From Amphiscolops sp. MND2022 (lineage: Eukaryota): 64,000 bases of DNA. The stretch covers positions 19,716,001-19,780,000 of the forward strand of contig OZ076412.1 of the NCBI GenBank assembly GCA_964187785.1, given 5' to 3'. Of this stretch, positions 37,061 through 47,700 are shown piece after piece. Below the pieces are notes generated by a model that searched no databases, was not told the origin of the DNA, and saw nothing but the letters and a program-made list of their open reading frames with translations. Within the stretch, counting starts at the first letter, position 1. Each line of letters opens with the position of its first letter. The position numbers and the translations under genes are program-made.

Positions 37061-37394
37061 GGGGCAGGGACATTTCGTCACCAGCCATTTGGGCGACAAA
37101 AATTTCTGCCCATTTCGGCGACAATAATGTCGCCCAAATGTCCCGTCAAATATGTTCACATATCCCTAGTGCCCTAAATGCAGGAGCGAAGCGACGTGCC
37201 ATATGGCCATGCCTCAATGTTGCTACTTGGCGAAGGGAGCGAAGCGACCGAGCCATACAACAAATATGCTAACCTCTTTAAATATATCAGTTAATTGATC
37301 AATTTGATCAACCCATTTGGTCGATACTTTTGTCGCCCATGTGACCGACGCCATATTGTCGCCCAAATGGCTGGTGACGAAATGTCCCTGACCC
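37061..37394. mobile_element. MITE with GG termini and 8-bp TSD
   Basis: ~39-bp TIR GGG(G/T)CAGGGACATTTCGTCACCAGCCATTTGGGCGACAA; TSD GATACAGG at 37053-60 and 37395-402. Confidence 0.85.
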
Positions 37395-37674
37395 GATACA
37401 GGTGTTGTTCTAAACATTCATTCCATCTGTCCAAAAAATTATATATCGAGCATTGTTTCTGATGGGATCTTTACTGGTTCAAATGGGTGATTCAATAATT
37501 TGTAAAAACGGAAAATGAAAACACTGTCAAAGAAATAATTTAATATTGGCCGAAAAACCGTTTTGTAGGCTCAGAGTGCAGAGAAACGAAAGCCAAGAGG
37601 CCACTCAACCTCAACCTCAGAGGCGTACGATTACCAGATCATATATCAGGGTGGACGGAAATAGGTCGAAGGAA

Positions 37675-38230
37675 CGGTTACCAGTCACTTGGCTTAATAC
37701 CATTTGGCGTAATTTTTTCGTCGAGTCATTTGGCTTAAAAATTTTAAGCCAAGTGACCACAAAATTAAGCCAACTCCATTCCAACCCAAGGAATAAATAT
37801 GTCAACTCCCGGAAATATCATAAATGGGGCATATGCGGTGTATGCACGCTCGCCCTCATCGTCGCAAAGACCAGCTCCCACTACGATCGCTTCGCGATCT
37901 TCGTTCCCGCTAGGTCTTTGCTCCTGTTCGACCTCGCTTAGCAAGATGGGAATATAAGCGGCCCCAAGGGGCCGCAGGGCGCTAGAGGAAATGGGGACAT
38001 ATGCGAGGGGTACTTGATATGGCGTTATAATAATACGCTGACTACGTTATAAAGATAAATTCGACAAAATCTGCAACGTGTTTTCAACTAAGTGGTTTTA
38101 AGTCAAATGACTTTAAGCCAAGAGACCAATACCCGAGACACTTAGCTTAAAAAAATTAGGCCAAGTGAACAATTATATTAAGCCAAATGACTTTAAGCCA
38201 AATGGCATTAAGCCAAGTGACCATTTACCG
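37675..38230. mobile_element. MITE with CGGT termini and 6-bp TSD, nested in another repeat
   Basis: TIR CGGT....GTCACTTGGCTTAAT.CCATTTGGC; AAGGAA on both flanks (37669-74, 38231-36); TTAAGCCAA subterminal repeats. Confidence 0.7.
37820..37985 (+). mobile_element. Helitron-like 3' end fragment
   Basis: GC hairpin GCGGCCCC-AA-GGGGCCGC (37958-75) followed 6 nt later by CTAG, the canonical Helitron 3' arrangement. Confidence 0.45.
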
Positions 38231-38505
38231 AAGGAACGGGATCGAAAATCAGAGTTAGTCCTCATGTCGACATACCAAATTTTTGAATGGGATCGAAACA
38301 ACTCGGATCGAAATTTCTATAACGTAGTCAGATATGTTCACATACCCCTTGTGCCCTGAATGCAGGAGCGAAGCGACGTGCCATATGGCCATGCCTCAAT
38401 GTTGCTACTTGGCGAAGGGAGCGAAGCAACCGAGCCATACAACAAATACGATAAACTTCGACAGCATTCCATTCGATCCCTGCAATTCGATCAAAAGGTT
38501 CGACC

Positions 38506-40366
38506 TCTGTCCTTTCGACTAGATTAATCGTCTCTCTGGGTGGCAGTTTATCCCTGTCGTGGACTTTGGAGTGTTCTGAATTGTCCAAGGTACTTTTCTT
38601 GGTTTTCTTTGGTCGATTACCTCTACCTACGGGACTTGAGTTTATCATTCTTCTAGGCGATCGTCAATTGCAAATTGGAGCTTCTGTACCTGCCGTTAGT
38701 GTGTCATGAGCTGATGTCCCATTGGACTCACGTGTGCGAGCACCTCCGAAAATACAGTCGTTATCAAGAGATGGAGGGGATCAGGACAAAAGTTAGTTTT
38801 GTGCTTAACGCCATGTTCCGATGGGAGGCTACTATCTTAGTTCTTTACTATTCATTGTTTTGTTTCCTTTCAGCCTCAGACCTTGCATTGGATGATCCTG
38901 ATGGACGACCTGTTCACCGTCAAACTTGAGCTCTTTTCGCGTATTGTACACGATTGTGAGTATTTTAATGACTTTTGTCTAGGGTACTCTTTGCTAACGT
39001 TGTATGCAGTTATGAGCAACCGTACTTCCCGTTATGTTCTCATCAAATCAAAAAATGAAATTGAGTTTCTTGGCGTTTTACTATATTCTGTATAAGCTCT
39101 ATTCGCGGTGTGTTTCATTATATTTTGTAAGGATGTTCATTGTGCCTGCTTTGCGCTTAACCGTTGTTCTCTGTATTTGTGCACTCTAGATATCTTTTGT
39201 GTTTCAGTCGTTTCTTGTTTTGAGCGTTCGCTCAACAATAAAAGAGATGCAGGATTCTACATCTACGGTCAGCCGGCCCGTTTCATTCACAAGCTGTGTG
39301 TGAGATTTTTAATAGACCGCTGTGTACCCTCCGATGACGACTGGGTCGGCATTTTATCTCTCCACAATGAAGGTCAAGAGGCCCTTTTGCCGGATGACTC
39401 CTTGGATAGACTAAATCTGACTAGCAAAATGGAGACGTCTTTGAGAAAGAAGGCTGCTGCAGAGCTTAGTGACAAGAAAATGGACCGGGCTAAGCTTGAC
39501 GATCTTGTCAATCAATGGAGGCTTGAGTTTTGTAGTGCTGCGCGCAACTATTACCTCTTTCTTATCGAGGGTGTGCGTAATCATGTCACCATGACGACAA
39601 ACAACGTTCGAGGGATGGTTTGCTTTGATCCCCGTGTCATGGTTGGAATGCCGCTGGATTTCGCCACACGATGTTTCAAGGATCTTTACCGTGCTTTTAA
39701 GCTGCGAAGTTGGGTTCAGGACACTCAAGAGCAAAAGTTTAGGGGCGAGTACATTGGTGTCTTAAGCCACCGTCGTGGGACTAAGGTGTCTCTAACGACC
39801 CGGCGAAGTGCCTTCCATGACATGGTAGAGTTCCTTTCCAATCGGCCAGCCCTTAAGGAGCGTAAACACATCCATCATCTCTTTCGTTTGACCTGTCTGT
39901 GCCTGACCCATAAGTCCTCTCCGTTACCTGTTGTCTCATTTGGCAGTATCAGGACTGATCTTCCCTGCTGTCGAGTTACCGATGTGGTGTTACCTGTCCA
40001 ATCGTTCCTCGCCCACCTGCCTCATTCATTCCCAGCCTGTACTACTGACAAGTCTTTGGATGATTTTTTCACCCTCAGCATTGACTTTGGTCATACTGGG
40101 TTAGGTGCCGATTACGATCCTTTGCACAGCGTGGATTATTTTGGCGAAGTAAGATCCACAAACGTCTAGCGACCAGTCAAAGGAACCTACTTAAAGGAAG
40201 AGAGAGCCCGCAAAAGGTTCGTGTTAGGCCTGCGGGAGGTACTAGTTCGAAAATATCACCATTACGCCGTATTCGTCGGGTCAAAGGCCGTCCGTGTTTC
40301 AGCAGTCTCAGTCAGTCGGAAGTGGCTCGTAATGTGGCTAGCCTTCAAGGAACATTTGAAGACTAG
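38506..40366 (+). CDS. Spliced gene of unknown function, antisense and convergent to the gypsy pol (5' truncated, probable late frameshift)
   Basis: Exons <=38506-38589, 38657-38791, 38874-38955, 39208-40169. Introns of 67, 82 and 252 nt are all GT-AG with pyrimidine tracts and in phase. A probable 1-nt frameshift at ~40145 would extend the frame (RSKIHKRLATSQRNLL...) to TAG 40364-66. Confidence 0.6.
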
Positions 40367-40569
40367 ATTTTGTATTAGGATTTCAATCGTTGTATTATTT
40401 TGATTTATACCGTTTCTTGTCTTGTGGAGTTGCACTTTGTGTAAATTGAGTGTTGAGCTTTGTTTATTTATACACGTCTAATTTTTAAACCTGAGAGACA
40501 AGTTTTGTTAAACTTCATTTCCGTCCCAAAAAAGATTTTATCAATTGATTAGGGACGGCGAATTTACTT

Positions 40570-43500
40570 TTATTTATTATCTGTATTCATCAGTATAGTT
40601 GGGGGTGGGCTAGGTCGAAGACCATTATTCCCTCCTCTGGGACTACTATTTCCATTTGCTTTCTCCCTTTCATCATTTTCTGATATTCCGGGCACGGTAA
40701 TAGCTCTCCCGGTGGGAAAATTGTTTTCAAGATCAACATTTTCTTGTGTGTCATTTCCATCCGTATTCGGGATAGCTTCATCATTTTGTCGCTGTCTGGA
40801 CAAGTCTGAGACACGGTGCATGGCGTCATTCGTGTTTGTTTGGTCACGCTGTTTGGACTTGTCGTTGACGTCATTAGTGTTCGGATTATTCAGCTCATTT
40901 TCTATTCGTGTACGAGTCACCGTAGGTTCGGCTGCTGTCTCGGTTTCGTATCTTTGAAGTTGATCGGACACTGTTGGGGACACGGTATCAAAATTTTCTG
41001 AAATTTGATTTCCAAAATCCGTTTCCCATGTTAAGGTGTAAAGATCATCTTGCGGTATGATAATATCATCTTCCGGTTGCAATTTCTCTTTTTGATAGGT
41101 TTCAGTTATCGGTTTGTTTGGAGTGCATTTTTTCAAGCGTATCCGGTGTAAACTTTGTGTTTTATCAGTGTTAACCTTTCGTACTACATCGTTATCATTT
41201 GGAAATGCCTTTTGGACATTGTATGGACCGACCCACTTGAAGTCGCAAAATAGGATTTTAGATCCTTGATTGTCCGCTTTTGGCTGTGAGACAAAACAAA
41301 GATCTTTTTCTTTCAAAGGTGCTGCGCGAGCTTTCCGGTCGTAAATCTCTTTATAATTTAATTAGGATTACATGACATTACGCTTTGTTTGGTCTATGAG
41401 TATTTGTGTTTTTCTTTGTAGGTCTTCTGCAAATTCTGTTGTCGTTAGGATTTTATCATTAGAGTTCAGTCCTAGTTTGTGATCCAGGATATTGTATGGT
41501 ATTCGGCCGTGAAAGACGCGGGTTGGTTCACACCCAATGCTTGTGTGATTTGTGGTGTCGTAATTTAGCACCGCTAATAGCAAGTATTCGTGCCATTGCC
41601 GGCGGTACTCGCCGGAAGCCATTTTGATGTTTGTTTTGAGTGAAGCATGGGTTTTTCGAGTTTCCCTATTGTTTGTGGGTGTTTCGTTGTAGCACATTTT
41701 AGAGTAATGCCAAGTATTTTCGTTATTTCTTCAATTATGACTGATGAGAAAACTGAGCCTTTATCTGTTAGTAACGTTGTAGGCAGATATGAATGTTTGG
41801 TCATTATGTCAATTAAGACTTTGGCTGTTGTTGCTGCCGTTGCTTCATTTAACGGGTATGCAAATAGGTATTGAGAAAAGACATCTATTGCCGTTATGAT
41901 GCAGTTGTATCCCCCGCTCGTTGGTAGGTTGGGTAGGAGGTCTGTTTGCATTGCGTCTTCAGGGCCCAAATCCCATTCTGGTAAGTTGATTAGCTCGGGC
42001 GTAATTGTCGCGTTCGGTGTTCGCTTGTTTTTAGCACAGGTTTCGCGACCCTGCACCCATTTTTTAACTAATTTAGCTATGCCTGGGTAATAGTACTTTT
42101 GGCGTATTTCTTGTAGCATTTTTTTAGCAATGCCTGGGTGTTTATGCGCGTGTCCATGTAGGGATTCTAATAGTTCTGAGACTAAGTGTTGTGGTAATAA
42201 GACTTGGTATAGCTTAATTTGTCCTCTTTCATCGAAGTATTGTCGCGTGAGTATTTAATCTCGCAGAACGATACGGTCGACATTTCTAAGGTAGTGTTTG
42301 TATCTGAGATTTTTGTGTAGCACTTCCTCGGAGTAGTCTCCTCCTTGTATCTTGACTTTGAGTTGCACAAGGGATACATCTTTTGTTTGTTCAGCCGCAA
42401 TCTAGCTTGTTTTGCTGAGACGCGATTTAATGGTCGTGTCTGTCTTGACTATTTTGGTGGTCACAGTCTCTATAGTGATGGTGGATTCGGTAATTGCCGG
42501 GTTTTGTTTGGCTCGTTGTTTCCTTTCCCACATCTGTTGTTCCGTTTCGTCATCGTCTTCTGTAAAAAAATATCTCCTGGAATGTGAGCTAGGGTGAAAC
42601 TAAATTGTATGACATAGCCACATGCGTTCCATAGCGGCGGCGGTTTTATTTTGGTTTGGAAACATCTGGTGACGGCCTTATTATCTGTGAGTATGATTAT
42701 CGGTTGTGGCGCTCCTCAAAAAATGTGTGCAAATTCTTTAAATGCAAAATATATAGCTAAAAATTCTTTTGCATAAATGGACATTTTCAGTTGCTAGTGG
42801 GGCGTATATTTTCCTTGAAGAGGTATATTTCTGTTCAGGGTCATCTTCCCTGAGGAGGGCGTATCCTGCTCCTGTGAAGCTGGCATCAGTCATTAGGGCC
42901 AATTGTTTGTTGGGCAGTGTTTGAGTGCTAATTCGCAGCATCGGTCAGGATCTTTACTTATGGCGTTGAATTGTTGTATGAGTTCTTGGGTAACTAGTAC
43001 CTTGTCATCATTTTTGAGGAGTTGGAAAATGGTGTTAGTTTTTCTGACAGCCTTGGATTGTAATTTTTTTAGTAGTTCAGGAAGCCTAGGTATCGTTGGA
43101 GCGCTTTTTGGATTTCGGGAATTTAGTCTTTTGTAAAAAAAGTTTTGGACATTTTCTGTTTGAGGTTTCACTCCTGCTGGAGTGATCATCAACCGAGGAA
43201 ATTGATTTCCCTGGCTCCGAAGTGGGGAGTTGGTTGATTGTGAGTTGGTTGTTCTGCGCTGTTGGCTGCTACTCCAATATCATCGAGGTATTGGGCACAT
43301 TGGTTTGCTTTGATTACCTTATCCAGGTATTCTCGCAAGAAGCTGGAGAAGGCAGATTATGATCTGCTGAGTCCTTGTGCTAGTCTTCTGTACGCAAACG
43401 TTCTGCTTGCAAAATTAAAGGCTAGTATTTCGATTGACCTTTGGTTGGCCATTTGTAGTCAATGGTAGGCTTGAGAGCAGTCAAGTTAACAAAATAGTTT

Positions 43501-45489
43501 CTTGCCTGCCATATGTTGTGCTGCATCTGTCAGTGGGCTGACCGGGTGGCTATTGTTTCTGTAATCATCAGAAATGAGGTTGTTATTTTTCGTGAGAACG
43601 ACTAGTAAGCGTAATTTGCCATTTGGTTTCTTTTGTGCGAAGATGGGACTCGCGTATTTTGAGAATGGGAGGGTGGTTTTATATTCCGTATTTATGTAGT
43701 AGAGCTAGCTCAACCAGTATATCGTCTTTGAGATTTACCGGTGTTGGTAGGCTCTGGCTATATGCTGGTGAGTCATCTTTGGGTGTTAATTCGACTGTGA
43801 AAGTTTCGTTCTTTCCAATATCAAGTCTATGTCTTGCAAATATGTCATGGAATTCAACTAGGAGGTTTTCTATGGTTTCAATTTTCAATTTCCTGTGAAT
43901 TGAGCATAGAGTCTTTCCAGTCGAAGTTGCTCAAGAATTGTTGTCTTGATTGTTCATCGTCCAGTGGGTAGAGTTGTTCTAATTCTTGTAGGGTTCGTAG
44001 TTCTGAGAGTTTCCTCCTTTGAATGGGAGTGTGGGAGGTTTCATCTCCTGGATTGTCTGGTGTTGGAAACCAATATTGTTACATGTCTTCACCGTTTCGG
44101 TGAGTTTTTAGGAGGCTGCTGACATATTGTATTGCGTTTTCGTCGTTTTCTTGGAGTAGGTGCCATGTTGCGACAGGATCCACCGGTTGCATATTCTTCA
44201 ATTGTGCTGGAGTTAGGACCGAGAAGTTAGCTATGTGGAGTCCTTTTTCCGACAGTATGGTTGGTCGGAGAAGTTGGTTATGTGCACTCTAGTTTTGCCT
44301 TTCGATAGGGTTAATATTACTGGGCAGAATGTCACATCTCCTTCTTCGTGTAGAGTTTCGCTCGGTTGAAGTATTCCAGTTACATTGTGATCAGAATAAA
44401 TTTGTGAGTAAGTTTGACTTGTTACTCTATCATTGGGTGGAACAGTAATTTCGCATGGGTTGACAATTGGCTCCTTGACTTTGGAATATTTATGGTGGGC
44501 AGTTTTTAGTTGCATGGAGAAGTACGGGAAAAAAGTATTTCCTCTCTCATGTCCAATTCTGTATGGTTTCTCTGCAGGAACATGAGACCTATTATTGGTC
44601 CCGTAAGATTATCCCTTACTATAAAAATTTCGTGAAATTCGATATCGCCTACTTCAAATTTGAGCTCTAGTGTAGCTTTTGGTTTTTCCAGTTGTTCGTT
44701 GGCCACCATTATTTGGAAGCCTGGCGGTGGGCCTTCTTTTATAATTGACTGGGTTGTAAGCAATTTGATTTTTCGAAGGTCCGATTCCGGTATCGCACTT
44801 GTGAGTGCTCCTGTGTCAACGAGTCCGTCTATTGTCAGTTCTCCAAAACCCATGGGGAAGTAGAGCATTCTTCTTTTGTATTTGAGGCCCAAGTTTGTTG
44901 ATAGTGGAACGTAGGGCGTGTGTCCTTCTGTGGATATGAGGACGTTAGCAAAAATGCTCTCGTCTATTAGGGAAGTTTCGTCTTGGGTCTTTAACTCATT
45001 TCCATCTTTTGGCTGTAGGCATTTGTTGTATTTGATGGGATTGGGTTCCCATAAATGAATAAGGGCGTTGGTTAGCATGTTGTTATTGATGGGCTCGTCA
45101 GTGTCTACGTCATCATCTTGATTCTGGTAGTTGTGATGAAATTGAATGTTTTGTTGGTCGTACAATTCTTCATTCCAATAAAGGTCCCTATTGTAGTCCG
45201 GGTCAATGTAATAGGGGTCATAATCTTCGATAATGGAGAGTGGTCTAAATCTGGCTGGAGAGTCAGTGGTGTAGTCAATCTGCCAATCCGGGAGCAGTTT
45301 ATTAGTGTTATGTACTAAAATTTGGGTTTGACTGCAGGCAATTTCCATCTGTTGCTGCCAGATGACAGTTGGTATGCCGACAGTGTACTTTTGGTATGCA
45401 TTGTATGATGCTGGTGAAGGGTCCCATAAAACAAAATTCCTGATTTTTGTCAGCGGGTAGATTCGGAGTCGTGGCAAAAACAGTTTTTT
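40570..45489 (-). pseudogene. pol: pol polyprotein (PR-RT-RNase H-integrase), fragmented
   Basis: Track ORFs 44506..45477, 44231..44515, 43679..43888, 42893..43192, 42738..42941, 41574..42119, 41368..41697 and 40570..41316 are collinear pol fragments. Confidence 0.9.
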
Positions 45490-47186
45490 GGATTCTGGTT
45501 TTCAAGTATAGAGGCTGGTGCTTTTGATGTGGTAAGGTTGTTATCTGAGGATTCTTCTTTTTTGTTTGTGTCTTCCGTTGTAGTGTTGTCCTCAATTTTG
45601 TTTCTCTTTGGTTTGAGGTGTGCGCCAACTCCTTTCCAACGTCTTTCCCCAAGATGGTTGGTCTTTTGACATGTGGGGCATTTAGGGTAGATTGCTTTTG
45701 CTTTCTTTCCATCTTTGGCCTCCCTTTCTTTTTTAGCTTTCAACTTGGGGCAAACTTTATAACTGTGTCTTTTTTCCTTGCAGTAGGTGCAATTGGTTTT
45801 CGGATCGATGCCTGATGAGAGGAGATTACCGCCACTTTTTGTCTGGGTAGATTTCATGGTGGCGATAGGTAGGTCATCTGATTTCTCTAACGCATTCAGT
45901 TCAAGTTCGCGTTCCAAGTGTGCCACTATCTCTTCATAGGATCCATTTTCCAATCTCGCCATGTTAACGGATCTTTTGAGTTAAGGCGGAAGTTTGGTGC
46001 ATAGTAGGCGTCTATCATGCTTTTGGCATTTTCACCAAACGCCTTCTCAGCGCCTTGGTTTAGTTCCTCCAAGAAATCCGGCAGCTTCATGGTGTTAGGA
46101 TCAAATGTTAGGCGATGCCATTTGTGTTTTCCTGTAGCCTGAGATTCAGGTTTGACGTATTGCCTGCGGAAATTTACCAGCACATCTTCAAGAGTTTGTC
46201 TTTTAGACGAATTAATATTGCGGAACGTTTGGAGAGCATTTTTCCTCAAAAGAGAGTGAAAGTAATTAATTTTCATTTGCTCCATCATTTCGGGTTGCAT
46301 TTTTATCATTGTATGGAATAGGTATTCAAACAACTCAAATTTTTCGCTTTTACCATCAATTGTCATAGTAGTCGTGTTGACAGGTCTAATGGTAGGGGAT
46401 TGGTTTTGGGGTTTATTTTAAAGATTGACCAATACGTCAGCCAGTCTATTTATGGGATCTTGAGGTGTTGCTGGTGTGTTTTGACCTCGGAGGGTCTGGA
46501 ATAGTTGTATTCAAGTCTATGTTCTTGGTTGAGGCTTGGCGGCTAAGTGTCGGCTGTGTGTGAATTCGTCCAGTTAAGAATTCAGGAATTGATGTTTGTG
46601 GTTCAAAGGCTCCTGTCACCATGTAAGGACTCTCCTCATGGAGTTCTGTTAAATTCTGATGAGATTGAAAGTCCCTGTTACTCGTATTTTCTCCGTCACA
46701 GTTTTGCACATCATTACCTGAGTTATAAGGTCTTCTGGACATTGTCGCGACACGCTCAGACTGTCTAGCCAGCACATTTTCAATGACATTTTGGACTTGG
46801 GGAAGAACCCTTTCCGATATAGCCATACTAATGGCGTTCTCTATTTGGGACCTTACTCCGTTCAATAAACTATCCTATTCTCTCGAAATCCTTAGGTTAA
46901 CCTCATTCGTTAGAGCGTCTATTTGTCTAGCCAAATTATTATCCTCCCTATTTTCAGGCATGTTCCTGATCTCGTTCTCCTGGGAAGAACATCCTCTCAC
47001 TGAGATATTTTCCCTAGTTTCCTCTCTATCTAGCGTATTTGAGAAACCTGTCATTTGGTCTATCTCTCTTTCAATAGGATTGTACTCACCGCAACCCAGC
47101 ATAACGTCCATGTCCTCTAGGTCTGACATTATGTTTGCTTCTCTTGACCTTCTCGCTTTCGACTTTTTGCTCCTCGTCGAGGGCAT
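45450..47186 (-). pseudogene. gag: gag (LTR-encoded N-terminus, capsid-like domain, CCHC knuckles)
   Basis: ORFs 46875..47186, 46446..46865, 45926..46366 and 45450..45962; in-frame TAG at 46875-77 plus later frameshifts. Confidence 0.85.
46608..46621 (-). promoter_or_regulatory. Candidate tRNA primer-binding site TGGTGACAGGAGCC
   Basis: Starts with TGG immediately after a ...TTACA end; one mismatch from the tRNA-Leu-type PBS TGGTGTCAGGAG; the paralogous copy at 1274-1848 loses homology exactly here. Confidence 0.6.
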
Positions 47187-47700
47187 TCTCAGAGGAAAAT
47201 GTAGTAACTGGTAATTTGAATTGATAATTAAGATCTGGTTGTGACTCTCAACGCAATCTAGAAAAATTGTGTCCCCTCTCAGGGATCATATCATATATAT
47301 ACTCGTAATTACATGACTCTCAATTTTAGGTCAAGTCACCTAAAAATAGCACCTTGCATGACACACTACAAGTAATTCTATTTATAGCATCATCAAAGTG
47401 GAGGTGACGTCAGGTCATTTATCTATATATAGTAACACCGTGTTTACATTGCTCTGATTTAGGGTTATCGCTATTTCTCCATCTCGCACATGCGTACGTA
47501 ATGTAAACGTTATTTTCATGCACGCATGGGAGCAATGTTAGTCAATATAAACTGCACTAATGAAAGTGTTGGTATTGTCCACTGATGTCATAAGGACATC
47601 ATAAATGACATTGAGTACTAATGATAATTAACCGTTTTACATGTAATTTACAGTCTCAATGAGACAATGAATGGCATTATACAAAAGTTACATGACTCAA
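46622..47700 (-). repeat. Candidate 5' LTR (~1.07 kb); outer boundary uncertain (47640-47702)
   Basis: Inner end ...CCTTACA next to the PBS; candidate outer starts TGTAA (47692) or TGTTGAGTC (47702); no second copy in the window to confirm. Confidence 0.45.

Larger units (their letters stand above)
40570..47700 (-). mobile_element. Ty3/gypsy LTR retrotransposon, near-complete but decayed (5' LTR, gag, pol); 3' LTR not found
   Basis: Capsid-like 46366-45926; zinc knuckles CTYCKEKRHSYKVC / CPTCQKTNH; protease LVDTGA (in 44506..45477); RT YLDD at 43290-43279; RNase H LMTDAS; integrase LQEIRQKYYYPGI...AIDVFSQYLFAYP...LLTDKGSVF. The PR-RT-RH-INT order is gypsy. Multiple frameshifts and stops. Confidence 0.93.

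Noticed and set aside
37546-37630. ESQEATQPQPQ peptide as the missing SQ/TQ exon of the CHK2-like gene
   Set aside because: It is on the plus strand, opposite to the kinase gene, and the ORF runs into MITE sequence.
39411-39734. 107-aa minus-strand ORF as an env-like gene after pol
   Set aside because: Shadow of the longer spliced plus-strand frame; no signal peptide, transmembrane segment or fusion-protein features.
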